Origin: an uncultured Bacilli bacterium
Lineage (GTDB): Bacteria; Bacillota_I; Bacilli_A; RF39; UBA660
Length of the DNA: 50,160 nucleotides
Direction: 5' to 3'
Assembly: GCA_947623645.1 (NCBI GenBank)
Contig: CANQHK010000001.1
Coordinates: 1-50,160 of the forward strand
Shown in pieces: positions 17,841 through 27,802 of the stretch. Every line of letters starts with the position of its first letter. Positions within the stretch are counted from its first letter, which is position 1. The position numbers were made by a program, and so were the translations under genes. A model generated the notes under the pieces. It was not told where the DNA came from and made no database searches. It saw nothing but the letters and a program-made list of their open reading frames with translations.

Positions 17841-18316
17841 TCTGCCTTTTCCTCCTCAACCGTTTTTTCACGGTCTTTTGTAAAAGTGAATCCTTCACTC
17901 GTTTTTGCTTTGTATCCGATGATTGGGAAATTATTTTCTTCTTCACTCTCTTTTAACAAAAATACTTGGAAATCATAATTTGCAAGAGTCGTTTCGTCGA
18001 AACTTGCAGTTACCCCTGTTCCAATTGTTTTAGCATCTTGAAGATTAACATCATTTTGAAGAGTAATCTGAACTTCGACAATTTTTCCCTGTGTACGAAT
18101 GCTGGCATCGACAACTTTTTCGTTTCCTTTTAAAGCATCCGTTGCACTATTCATAACATCTTCTTGAATGGCTGGTAAATCTTTTAAGCGATCTCCATAA
18201 TTTTCAACACCGGAATTTGGAAAGAATAAGTTTTTTGCTTGTAATAACAATACTAATAACACCATAAAGAATACAATGATAAATATTGTAAATTTATTTT
18301 TTTTGAATAACTTCAT
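17837..18316 (-). CDS. hypothetical membrane-anchored protein
   Basis: 159 aa with an N-terminal TM helix. Its stop overlaps the start of the GGDEF gene (ATGA). Confidence 0.5.
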   Translation of the reverse strand: MKLFKKNKFTIFIIVFFMVLLVLLLQAKNLFFPNSGVENYGDRLKDLPAIQEDVMNSATDALKGNEKVVDASIRTQGKIVEVQITLQNDVNLQDAKTIGTGVTASFDETTLANYDFQVFLLKESEEENNFPIIGYKAKTSEGFTFTKDREKTVEEEKAE

Positions 18317-18370
18317 AAATTTTCAACTCCTTCTTACTTAGAAGTATTATACAATACATTCTAGAATAAA

Positions 18371-19786
18371 TCAACTTCTAGTATTCTTCAATTCTTGCTG
18401 TAAAATTTCATTTGCACGCCTTGCATCAACGCATCCTTTTGTCTCTTTCATCACTTGACCCATCAAGAATTTAAGAGCTCGATCGCGTCCTTCTTGGTAG
18501 TCTTTAACGCTTTCAGGATTTTCACCAAGAATTTTTTGAATCATCGAAACTAATGCCTCATCGGTAATATTGGATGCACTTAATTTTTCAAGTAATTTTT
18601 CTGGAGATTCATCGGTCGTAAATAAATTTTCTAACATATCTTTAAAATTCTTATGATTCATTTTTCCAGTACTTAGAAGAGATACAACTGTAATGAGTTT
18701 TTCTTTGGTAAATTTGGTGTCTTCTAAATTTTTGTTCTCTTTATTTAAATATGCTTGAATGTCTCCAAGTAGAAGATTACTTGCTATTTTTAAATCAATA
18801 TTTCCAAGTTCTAATAGATAATCACTAATTTTTTTGTTGGCAATAATTTTTTCAATGTTTCCTTCACTAATTCCATGCTCCCTGTAAACTTTTCTTCTGT
18901 CATCTGCTAAAACAGGTAAAGTTTTTCGGACATTTTCAATAAATTCATCGGTTAAAACTAAAGGAGGAATATCTCCATCTGGAAAATATCGGTAGTCGTT
19001 TCCGGTTTCTTTTCTTCGCATTAAAACCGTTTCTTGCTTCGCTTCATCGAATCTTCTCGTTTCTTCATAAATTTTATTTCCTGTTTCAAGAATTTCGATT
19101 TGCCTTTTTGCTTCTACTTCAACAACATCCCCAACATGGGTAATCGAACCAACATTTTTCGTTTCCGTTCGAACTCCTAAAGTTTCGGTATTGGAAACGC
19201 TGACGTTGACATCACAACGCATGCTCCCCTCTTCAATTTTACAATCAGAAATATCGGCATAGAATAAAATTTCTCTTAATTTTTCAACGTATAAGATGGC
19301 TTCTTCGCGTGTATGAATATCCGCTTCACTGACAATTTCAATTAAAGGAACACCACAACGATTAAAGTCCAGAAGAGTTTTTTCATGATGATGAATACTT
19401 TTGGCCGTATCTTCTTCGATATGAATATCGTGGATGCGAATTTTTTTAGGCCCTTCTTTCGTTTCTATCTCAATATAACCATTGATTCCAATCGGAGTTC
19501 TACTTTGCGTAATTTGGTAACCTTTTGGAAGATCTGGATAGAAATAATTTTTTCGGTCAAAAAACATCGTCTTATTGATTTCACAATGAAATAACATTGC
19601 TGCTTTTAAAGCAAGTTCCACTCCTTTTTTATTGATGGTGGGAAGAACCCCCGGATAAGCAAAATCGATTTCATGAATATTGGTATTAGCAATATCGGTA
19701 TAAGAATTTAGAGAAGGAGAAAACATTTTACTCTGGGTTTTTAACTCACAGTGAATCTCAATTCCAACCGTTGTTTGATAGTCCAT
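18371..19786 (-). CDS. gatB: Asp-tRNA(Asn)/Glu-tRNA(Gln) amidotransferase subunit B
   Basis: MDYQTTVGIEIHCEL..., with a GatB/YqeY C-terminal domain. The ATG at 19786 follows AGGAGGAG and lies 1 nt after the gatA stop. The track ORF extends to 19822. Confidence 0.95.
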   Translation of the reverse strand: MDYQTTVGIEIHCELKTQSKMFSPSLNSYTDIANTNIHEIDFAYPGVLPTINKKGVELALKAAMLFHCEINKTMFFDRKNYFYPDLPKGYQITQSRTPIGINGYIEIETKEGPKKIRIHDIHIEEDTAKSIHHHEKTLLDFNRCGVPLIEIVSEADIHTREEAILYVEKLREILFYADISDCKIEEGSMRCDVNVSVSNTETLGVRTETKNVGSITHVGDVVEVEAKRQIEILETGNKIYEETRRFDEAKQETVLMRRKETGNDYRYFPDGDIPPLVLTDEFIENVRKTLPVLADDRRKVYREHGISEGNIEKIIANKKISDYLLELGNIDLKIASNLLLGDIQAYLNKENKNLEDTKFTKEKLITVVSLLSTGKMNHKNFKDMLENLFTTDESPEKLLEKLSASNITDEALVSMIQKILGENPESVKDYQEGRDRALKFLMGQVMKETKGCVDARRANEILQQELKNTRS

Positions 19787-19787
19787 T

Positions 19788-21242
19788 TTATTCTCCTCCT
19801 TTCGGATTAAAGTCGAAGGCAAGTTCTTTTTCTAAGAAAGAGGCAAGTTGATAAATTTTTGCTTCTTCAAAAGAATTTCCAATGATGTGTAGTCCAATTG
19901 GCATTCTATTTGAGGAAAGTCCCATCGGAATATTTGCACCCGGTAATCCAGCCATGTTGACAGGAATAACCAAAACATCATCTAAGAACGTTTGACTTGG
20001 ATCCGTTGTATTTTCGTCCAACCGATAAGCCGTCGTCGTCGTTGTAGGTCCAATTAACAAATCGTATTGTTCGAAAACTTCCTCGAAACTCTTTTTCATA
20101 TCCTTTCGAATCTTTAAAGCTTTGGTATAATAAATCGATGCATTTTCTCCACTTAAAATGTAAGAACCGACCATAATTCTTCTTTTTACTTCAGCACCAA
20201 ATCCTAGTTGTCTTGTCCTTTTATATAAATCATCCGCACTTTTTGCATCTTCTACATGAAAACCATACCGAACTCCATCAAAACGAGCTAAGTTGCTACT
20301 TGCTTCTCCCATAGCAATAATCTGATATAACATGACTGCTTTTTCCAAATGGCGAACGTCTACATTGGATACAATTGCTCCTGCTTGACGAAGAATCTGT
20401 TTTACATTTTCGAGCCTTTCTAAGATTTCTGGTGCAACAATATCACTTTGAAAATAATTTGGAACCCCAATTTTCATTCCTCGAATATCTTTTCCAATGA
20501 GTCTCGTAAAATCTTCTGGCGTACGATTACTACTGGTTAAATCCCTTTCATCATAACCAACGAGTGTGTTTAAAAGAACCGCATTATCGTAAACATTTCG
20601 AGAAAAAGGTCCAATCGCATCCAAGCTAGATGCAAAAGCAACTAAACCATACCGAGAAACCCGACCATAAGTAGGTTTCATTCCAACGAGACCGGTGTAC
20701 GATGCTGGTTGACGAATAGAACCTCCCGTATCACTTCCAAGAGCAAGAGGAACGATGCTAGAAGCAACAGAAGCTGCAGATCCCCCGGAAGAACCTCCTG
20801 CAATTCGCGTTTTATCCCATGGATTTTTAGGAGCACCAAAATAACTTGTCTTCGAAGTAGAACCCATAGCAAATTCGTCCATGTTGGTTTTTCCGATAAT
20901 AATCATTCCTGCGTCAATAAGTTTCGTAACAACAAAAGCATCATAAACGGGAACAAAATTTTCAAGCATTTTGGATGCACAAGTTGTTCTTAAACCTTTG
21001 GTACAAATATTATCTTTAACGGCAATAGGAATTCCAAAAAGAAGAGACTCTCCAACTTCCTTTTTAGAAAGTTCCTCTGCCCTTTTTAAGGCATCTTCTT
21101 TATTTAAAGTAATAAAAGCATTTAAATCTTTATTTTCTTCAATATTGTCCATTGCTTCTTGAACCAAATCAACTGGAGTAATTGTATGATTTACAAGAAG
21201 CTCATGAATTTCTTTTAAAGAAAGAGATAAATATTTACTCAT
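19788..21242 (-). CDS. gatA: Asp-tRNA(Asn)/Glu-tRNA(Gln) amidotransferase subunit A
   Basis: Amidase signature GGSSGGSAASVAS and KDNICTKG. Confidence 0.95.
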   Translation of the reverse strand: MSKYLSLSLKEIHELLVNHTITPVDLVQEAMDNIEENKDLNAFITLNKEDALKRAEELSKKEVGESLLFGIPIAVKDNICTKGLRTTCASKMLENFVPVYDAFVVTKLIDAGMIIIGKTNMDEFAMGSTSKTSYFGAPKNPWDKTRIAGGSSGGSAASVASSIVPLALGSDTGGSIRQPASYTGLVGMKPTYGRVSRYGLVAFASSLDAIGPFSRNVYDNAVLLNTLVGYDERDLTSSNRTPEDFTRLIGKDIRGMKIGVPNYFQSDIVAPEILERLENVKQILRQAGAIVSNVDVRHLEKAVMLYQIIAMGEASSNLARFDGVRYGFHVEDAKSADDLYKRTRQLGFGAEVKRRIMVGSYILSGENASIYYTKALKIRKDMKKSFEEVFEQYDLLIGPTTTTTAYRLDENTTDPSQTFLDDVLVIPVNMAGLPGANIPMGLSSNRMPIGLHIIGNSFEEAKIYQLASFLEKELAFDFNPKGGE

Positions 21243-21528
21243 CGAAAATCACCGGTACTTCCACAAATCTACCAACTGCTTTTGGTAAATTTTCTTGTAA
21301 TTCTTGAAACTCGATAACGCTTGTATTCGTATCTTCTCTGAAAGCTGCTGTATGATCAACTGGAGTTACTAAGATTTCATCCATAGCAACATCGACATCT
21401 CGAATTTTATCAATGTCATCAAGTAAATCTTTTAATTCTACACTATATTTTTGAATTTCTTCTTCATCTACTTGTATTCTTGCAAGTTCTGCAACATGCA
21501 ATACTTCTTCTTTTGTTAATTTATCCAT
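21235..21528 (-). CDS. gatC: Asp-tRNA(Asn)/Glu-tRNA(Gln) amidotransferase subunit C
   Basis: 97 aa, VAELARIQVDEEE..., overlapping gatA by 8 nt. Confidence 0.9.
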   Translation of the reverse strand: MDKLTKEEVLHVAELARIQVDEEEIQKYSVELKDLLDDIDKIRDVDVAMDEILVTPVDHTAAFREDTNTSVIEFQELQENLPKAVGRFVEVPVIFDE

Positions 21529-21581
21529 TCTCTTCCTCCCATAAACTAGTACTATTATATCACAGATCGAAAGATTTTTAT

Positions 21582-21610
21582 AAAAAAAACATCCTGTTCA
21601 AACAGGAATG
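21582..21610 (-). terminator. terminator after the Cys-rich 197-aa gene
   Basis: Minus strand: CATTCCTGTT-TGA-AACAGGATG followed by TTTTTTTT. Confidence 0.55.
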
Positions 21611-22204
21611 TTAAATTTCTTGTAAATTTTTTTTGTAAACTCTTCCGTGTCCACCCCGAGTTGCATCGTATTCTTGATAAGAAACAGAATTATCCGGAGC
21701 AACAGAATAATATTCTTCGAGCCCTACCATCATTTCTTGATAACGCCGAACAGCTTCGTCATTCTTTTTTTCATGAACAAAACTTGCTGTTGGTAAAATA
21801 TAAAAGTTAAAAAGATAGGTAGCAAACTCGATGTCCTGAGTCTTTTCATAATCTTCTTCTAAAGCATAAGCAATTTTGGGTCCAACGATATCATACTCCA
21901 TAAGAAGTGGAAGATATTTTTCATCTTTTTGCAAAACTTCATCTCGGAAAGTACGAAGAGTATTTAAAACTCCGCAATCATCTGGATAATCCAAAATTTT
22001 GCAAACAATGGTTGTAATATAACAACTTGGTTCTGGATTTCTTGCTTCATAGTGAGAAGAACAAGAATCATCCGCCCAATAAAAGCAACGATACCAATCA
22101 CAGTAACCTTTTTCCGAGTTTGCCCAACGGGTATCAAACAATTTATAAGTGTTATCTTTATCTTTAAAATTTAAACAACCCCCACATTGATGTTCATAAG
22201 CCAT
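21611..22204 (-). CDS. hypothetical Cys-rich cytoplasmic protein
   Basis: 197 aa. N-terminal CGGC...C.W.RC....C cluster, then CYITTIVCKILDYPDDCGVLNTLRTFRDEVL. GGGGGAA RBS. Confidence 0.55.
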   Translation of the reverse strand: MAYEHQCGGCLNFKDKDNTYKLFDTRWANSEKGYCDWYRCFYWADDSCSSHYEARNPEPSCYITTIVCKILDYPDDCGVLNTLRTFRDEVLQKDEKYLPLLMEYDIVGPKIAYALEEDYEKTQDIEFATYLFNFYILPTASFVHEKKNDEAVRRYQEMMVGLEEYYSVAPDNSVSYQEYDATRGGHGRVYKKNLQEI

Positions 22205-22264
22205 AGATATTCCCCCTTAAATTTCTCTATATTTTACCACAAAATAGAAAAAATAGCAACTTTT

Positions 22265-23353
22265 TTATTTGTTTTCAACAAAATAGGCATAGTATTCTTC
22301 AAAAGTAATATCGTGTTCATAAATATACGTTGCAACATCGACTCCAACATAGCGATAATGCCAAGGTTCATAACCGTACCCTGTAATATATTGTTTTTCT
22401 TTAGGATAACGTAGGATAAATCCATAACGGTGAGCATTTTCTTTCATCCAAGGAAATTCTTTACTCGTTTCAAATTTCCCCAAAACATATTCATCTTTGA
22501 CCCCAACATCAAGAGCAAGACCTGTCTGATGCTCCGAATGTCCTGGTCGAGCACTCCATTTATCCGCCCATGTTAATCCATTACTATTTTTATAATCATT
22601 ATAAAGATTATTTTGCGTTTCATAACTTCTGTAAGCAGAATTATTTCGAATGTGGTAACCTTCTTTTTCTGCATCATCGACAAGCTTTTTAAAAGCTTCA
22701 TACGCTGTTTGATTTAATTTACTACCATTCTTATTATCGTACGCTTTTTCCATCGTAACTAATTCCCCATAATGATAATCTTTTTCTAAATAATAAAATT
22801 TATTAACAATTAAAAGAGTTTCTTTGGAGGTGTCAGAAGGCATCATATGCGTATAAAATTCATAATCCAGATTACTGTTAACATTGGTAATAATGGTATT
22901 GACATCTTCTTCTTGATAAGCCATATAGCGATCAAGACGTTCTCTTATAAAATAAGGATGTTGAACAATTTGAACCAGCTTTAAAGAATACGGATAAGAA
23001 ATATTTTCATTTACCAAATAAACAACATTTGCTAAATCATAATCCTCTTTTAAATTTTCAATATACGTTAAGTAAGAAGAAAAATTCTCTTCTTTGTATC
23101 CATCTGTTTTTAAAAGATCTTCTAAATAGGATAAATGTTCATATTCTTTTAATAAATTTAAATTTTCAACTGATAAATTCTTTTTTAAGTAGGTAATTTC
23201 TTCTTTCGTATAACCAATATCGGTAAGTTTATCTTGAAAAGCATCTCCTGTAAAATGGAAAAATAAAACGGAAAGAAGGAGAAGTGGAACAAGTAAAACC
23301 GTTAAAAATCGACCCCACCGAATTTTATATTTCTTTTTTCTTCTTCTAGGCAT
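22265..23353 (-). CDS. M15B (VanY-type) D-alanyl-D-alanine carboxypeptidase family protein, membrane anchored
   Basis: SAYRSYETQ, ARPGHSEHQTGLALD, YEPWHYRYVG. An N-terminal TM helix is present. Confidence 0.85.
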   Translation of the reverse strand: MPRRRKKKYKIRWGRFLTVLLVPLLLLSVLFFHFTGDAFQDKLTDIGYTKEEITYLKKNLSVENLNLLKEYEHLSYLEDLLKTDGYKEENFSSYLTYIENLKEDYDLANVVYLVNENISYPYSLKLVQIVQHPYFIRERLDRYMAYQEEDVNTIITNVNSNLDYEFYTHMMPSDTSKETLLIVNKFYYLEKDYHYGELVTMEKAYDNKNGSKLNQTAYEAFKKLVDDAEKEGYHIRNNSAYRSYETQNNLYNDYKNSNGLTWADKWSARPGHSEHQTGLALDVGVKDEYVLGKFETSKEFPWMKENAHRYGFILRYPKEKQYITGYGYEPWHYRYVGVDVATYIYEHDITFEEYYAYFVENK

Positions 23354-23442
23354 CGTACCATCACCTTGTCCTCATTGTACCACAAAAAAAGATTTCCTTA
23401 AAGGTAGAAATCCTCTTTTTACACAAATTGACAAATATTTCG

Positions 23443-23637
23443 TTAATCAAATAATTTATCCATAAGACCTTGTACTTCAAGCTTTTTTTTCGCTGTTTCT
23501 AAAGGATCAATCGTAATATTTACAACGTCCCCTTCTCTTCCTCCGGGAACTAAAATTTTGGGAAGATTGGCAAGGTCTTGATTTTCTGTTTCAACAACGA
23601 AATAATCTTCCTCTTCCCGGTCAATAATGACTTTCAT
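23443..23637 (-). CDS. DUF3006-like small protein
   Basis: 64 aa, MKVIIDREEEDYFVVETEN... This is the typical partner of ComEC-type MBL hydrolases. Confidence 0.6.
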   Translation of the reverse strand: MKVIIDREEEDYFVVETENQDLANLPKILVPGGREGDVVNITIDPLETAKKKLEVQGLMDKLFD

Positions 23638-23655
23638 TTATCTTTTCTCCTTTCT

Positions 23656-24852
23656 TTATGGAATTTCATAATCGATTACTTTTTGTAAAGTATCCCCTGT
23701 CTTTTTTAGAATGATTTGATATTTACCAGCATCTACCGAAGAAGAAACTTTCCATGTCCAAGAAACTTTTCCCTCCGCATCGCTTACTTTATCCTCTAAT
23801 CCTTTCGCAGTGCTTACTCCTGATTTATAAAAAACTTGAATGGAATAGGAAGTATTGGCTTCTCCCAAAATTTCAATCGTAGCATTTTCTCCTCGAACGA
23901 TGGGACTAAGAGAAAGCAATTGAATAGAGATATCTTCATTTTGTATAGATTCATTTTCCTCTGGAACTTCATCTACAAGCACCTCTGATTTTTCATTTGT
24001 AATTTGAATTCCTTCTCCATCACTTACCAAAAGAATATTTCCAGCTTCATCGGTTCGATAAACTTTTGCTCCTAAACTTTGATATCTCTCAAGAATAGAA
24101 TCACTGGGATGATGATACGAATTCCCTTTTCCAACAGAAATGATGGCATACTTAGGCTGAACTTTTTTTAAAAAGGCAAGACTGGAGGACGTATCACTTC
24201 CATGATGTCCTACTTTAATAACATCACTGGATACATCATATCCCGCTTTTAAAATTTCTTCCTCACTAACTTTTTCAGCGTCTCCCGTAAAAAGGAAGGT
24301 ACGATTTTTATAACGAATTTTTAAAACAATCGAATAATTATTCAAAGAAGAATACTCTGTGTTGTTGGGCGCAACTACATCAACAGACAAATCATCACTA
24401 GATAAAAGATTCATTCCTGCTTTCGTTGTATGAATCGAAAGGCCTTTTTCCTGAATGGCTTTCAATAAATTTTCATATGTATTGGAAGTAGCAAGAGCTT
24501 TTGGCATATAAACATTTTGAATCGACATCGATTCCACAATCTTCTCTAAACCACCGATATGATCTGTATGAGGATGGGTTCCGACCAAATAATCAATGGT
24601 TTTATATCCTAGTTTTCGAATATATTTTAAAACCACTTCCCCATATTCTTTTTCCCCTGCATCAATTAACATCGTCTCTTTATTAGGAAATTCAATAAAT
24701 GTTGAGTCCCCCTGCCCTACGTCAAGAAAATGAATGATCATTTTGTCAGAGTCTTGAGAAACAGTTTCCGAAATAGAACTTTCTAAAGGAATATTACAAG
24801 CCGTTAGAATAAAAAGAAAGCAAATCAAAAGGCCCATTTTAAAATACTTCAT
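23656..24852 (-). CDS. ComEC-type metallo-beta-lactamase-fold hydrolase, lipoprotein, with a C-terminal Ig-like domain
   Basis: HFLDVGQGDS, GTHPHTDHIGG, VGHHGS. Lipobox FILTAC. The ATG at 24852 is preferred over the track start at 24864. Confidence 0.8.
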   Translation of the reverse strand: MKYFKMGLLICFLFILTACNIPLESSISETVSQDSDKMIIHFLDVGQGDSTFIEFPNKETMLIDAGEKEYGEVVLKYIRKLGYKTIDYLVGTHPHTDHIGGLEKIVESMSIQNVYMPKALATSNTYENLLKAIQEKGLSIHTTKAGMNLLSSDDLSVDVVAPNNTEYSSLNNYSIVLKIRYKNRTFLFTGDAEKVSEEEILKAGYDVSSDVIKVGHHGSDTSSSLAFLKKVQPKYAIISVGKGNSYHHPSDSILERYQSLGAKVYRTDEAGNILLVSDGEGIQITNEKSEVLVDEVPEENESIQNEDISIQLLSLSPIVRGENATIEILGEANTSYSIQVFYKSGVSTAKGLEDKVSDAEGKVSWTWKVSSSVDAGKYQIILKKTGDTLQKVIDYEIP

Positions 24853-24936
24853 TTCTATTATCACCTAATTTATTATACCATATTTCGGTATAAATTAACA
24901 ACTAGATATCTTCTTTAAAATGCAAAAAAAGTTCTT

Positions 24937-26015
24937 TTATAAAATATTTTCTTCTACCAATTTTACAAGATCTCGTGCTGCATTTTTATTGATTATTTTC
25001 CTCTGATTTTTGATGATTTCCTCTTGCAAATTCTTATCTTCTAATAACTTTTTTGTATTTTCAATGATTTCATTCAGTGTATTTGATACTAAACTTAAAT
25101 GATTTTTTTGAAAGAAGTTCGCATTATGATTTTCTACTCCAGGAATTGGCATAATATGTATCATTGGTTTTTCTAAAACTGCAACTTCCGTACTCGTAAG
25201 TCCTCCCGGTTTGGTTAAAACAATATCACATTCTTGAATATATTCATTCATATTATTAACAAAACCATGAACCATTAAATTTGGATTCTTAATTTTTGAT
25301 AGTTTCTTGAACAATCTTTTATTATTTCCACAAATTACTGTGACATAGACATCCATGCTATTTAAAATTTTCTCAACAACATCTTTTAAATTTCCAAACC
25401 CCATACTTCCAGAAGTAACAAGTATATTAGGCTTATCCTTTTTTAAAGACAAATTTTTATTTTTTCTTGAAAGTGAGTAGAAACAGGAATTCCGATTGGA
25501 ATTAAAACTTTTTCATCAATTCCTTTCTCAGTAAATTCACTTTTTAATGATTCGTGAGGAATTACAAAATAATCCGGTGTTGTTTCATTCCAAAATGGAA
25601 TATTGGTATAATCTGTAGCAACATTGATTAATTTTATATTCATTCCATCTTTTTTTAAAGAAGTAATCGCCATCGATGGAAATAAATGTGGACAGATGAC
25701 TAAATCGTAGTGATTGTCTGTAAGAAACTTCCAGATTTTATTCTTAGCAAGTTTATTGAGTTCATAAACAGGACTGGTTAAACCCACTTTACTATAAGTT
25801 TCTCCTAGTTTATAAACTCCTTCAAAAATTTTCCCTTTTCCTTGCGTAGATTTTAAATATAATTTTTCGATTCTTTTCGATAGTTTGTTTCCAAGAATAC
25901 TAAAATAATCGATAAAATCACATTCTATATGATGAGAACGAAATTCACTTTGAATATATTTTCCACAAGAATTATGTCCTCCTCCTGTACTGCAAGATAA
26001 TACTAATACTTTCAT
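24937..26015 (-). pseudogene. GT28 MGDG-synthase/UgtP-like glycosyltransferase split by a frameshift
   Basis: ORF 25443-26015 carries the N-terminal MGDG_synth part (MKVLVLSCSTGGGHNS). ORF 24937-25452 carries the C-terminal GT28 part (ILVTSGSMGFG, TKPGGLTSTE). The downstream ORF has only a TTG start and no RBS. Adding one A to the A6 run (plus-strand T-run 25460-25465) fuses them as ...HFQEKNKNLSLKKDKPNIL... Confidence 0.7.
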
Positions 26016-26672
26016 TTAATCACTCCAACTGTTATTAAACATATTATATAAATAATCTCTATTAAACGTTTTATCTAAAAATTCTTCGTAAAAATTATGG
26101 GGTTCAATCCCCTTTTCAAATTGTTTTGCTCTTACGACTGCACTTACTGTTAAAATTAAATCTAAAAATAAAAATATCGATAAAATAACAATTAATTTTT
26201 TTCCTAATTCTTTAGGAATTTTATGAATCATTTTTTCTATTAGAGGATAAATATATTGAATCCAAAGAATTCCTAAAAATCCCCAAAGACAGGACATGAT
26301 AAAACATACTCTTCCATTTATATTTAAAAACATACTACTATAATTCCAAGCAGAAAATCCAAGCACGAGTTCCATTCCCCAACTCATAATATATTCTAGT
26401 ATAGATCCAATGAAGAAACTGATAAAGAATAAAGAACATTTTCCTTTATCTTTGTATTTGTATAATAAAAACGTTAAAACACATGCACAAATTCCATAAC
26501 AAACATCGAAGGGACCAAGAACAAGAGCAGAATGATTAATAAGTTCTCCATGTACTAATAAACTAAATATTCCTTCACAAATCCAACCAAATATGCTACC
26601 AAATATAAATAACCAAAATAAGTTATAAAATTCTAATTTTGATTTCTTTTTACTCTTTTTCACTTCCGTCAC
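26016..26672 (-). CDS. CmpB-like (putative ABC-transporter type IV) membrane protein
   Basis: 218 aa, multi-pass. FIFGSIFGWICEGIF, GPFDVCYGI. It is a paralogue of 32112-32603. Confidence 0.6.
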   Translation of the reverse strand: MTEVKKSKKKSKLEFYNLFWLFIFGSIFGWICEGIFSLLVHGELINHSALVLGPFDVCYGICACVLTFLLYKYKDKGKCSLFFISFFIGSILEYIMSWGMELVLGFSAWNYSSMFLNINGRVCFIMSCLWGFLGILWIQYIYPLIEKMIHKIPKELGKKLIVILSIFLFLDLILTVSAVVRAKQFEKGIEPHNFYEEFLDKTFNRDYLYNMFNNSWSD

Positions 26673-26818
26673 CTACTACTATTATTATATTATTACGAAA
26701 ATCGATTTTATGCAATAGTTCCTCTAAAAATCCGGCTTAATTGAACCCATCCATATTTAGCTAAAATTTAACTTTACTACTTCCAGAAATAACAATTTTT
26801 TTATTATATGAATTCTTT

Positions 26819-27802
26819 CTATTTATCATTTAATACCTTTTCAACTTCGTCAATTAATTCTTCTTTTTTAGGAATATAATAAGTATAAGTAGATGCAAAA
26901 ACATTGTTTGAAAGTCCACCTAAAGCATAGTCAATTGCAATATCATTTTTACTTTTGCAAAGAATAATTCCTATTGGTTTATTATCGCCCGGATCATTTA
27001 TTTCTTCATTATAGTAATTTAAATACATATTCATTTGACCTGCATATTCAGCTTTCATTTGTCCAATTTTTAAATCAATTAAAACATAGCATTTTAATAT
27101 TTTATTATAAAAAACCATATCTACATAATAATGATTATTTCCTAAAGTAACTCTTTGTTGTGTTCCTACAAACATAAAACCTTTTCCTAATTCAAGCAAA
27201 AATTCTTCAATATGTTTTACTAACTTTTGCTCTAATTTTTTTTCTAAAATTGGCTTGTTTTCTTTCACTCCTAAAAATTCAAATACATAAGGTTCTTTTA
27301 ATACATCTAGAGGTGTATTAAGTGTTTGTCCAACTTTCGATAATTCATAAACTTTTTTCTTATTCTTTTTTCCTTCGGAAAGTAATAGTCTTTCAAATAA
27401 AGATGTCTCTAATTGCCTTTTTAGTTCTCGTACACTCCAGTTAGAATTAATGCATTCTTTTTCGTAAAAATTTCGTTCATCAACATTCTTAATACTTAAT
27501 AATTCACAATAATGAGACCAACTCAATTTAACAGACAGTGTCTGTTGTTTTGGATATTCCAAATAAAACCTTCTCATGTATTGTAAATTTGAAACTGAAA
27601 ATCCTGATCCTAAAACTTTTCTTAATTCTTTCGATAATTCTTTTAAAATTTGTTTCCCATATTCTGCTTTAATATTCCCATTCTGTTCATTCTCAACAAT
27701 AATTCTTCCAACATTCCAATAAGCATATAACATAGCATTATTTACTTCATAAGCTACTTTTTGTCTACTACTCAAAATGACCTCTTTAATTTCTTGAATC
27801 AT
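26819..27802 (-). CDS. DUF1016/YhcG family PD-(D/E)XK nuclease-like protein
   Basis: YWNVGRIIVENEQ, FSVSNLQYMRRFYLEYP, LSWSHYCELLSI. The C-terminal core is VDMVFYN...VLIDLKIGQMK, of the D...(D/E)xK type. Confidence 0.75.
   Translation of the reverse strand: MIQEIKEVILSSRQKVAYEVNNAMLYAYWNVGRIIVENEQNGNIKAEYGKQILKELSKELRKVLGSGFSVSNLQYMRRFYLEYPKQQTLSVKLSWSHYCELLSIKNVDERNFYEKECINSNWSVRELKRQLETSLFERLLLSEGKKNKKKVYELSKVGQTLNTPLDVLKEPYVFEFLGVKENKPILEKKLEQKLVKHIEEFLLELGKGFMFVGTQQRVTLGNNHYYVDMVFYNKILKCYVLIDLKIGQMKAEYAGQMNMYLNYYNEEINDPGDNKPIGIILCKSKNDIAIDYALGGLSNNVFASTYTYYIPKKEELIDEVEKVLNDK

Noticed and set aside
17752-17946. 64-aa ORF overlapping the junction of the 159-aa and GGDEF genes
   Set aside because: It is out of frame with two well-supported, translationally coupled genes, and its Lys/Arg-rich translation looks like an artefact.
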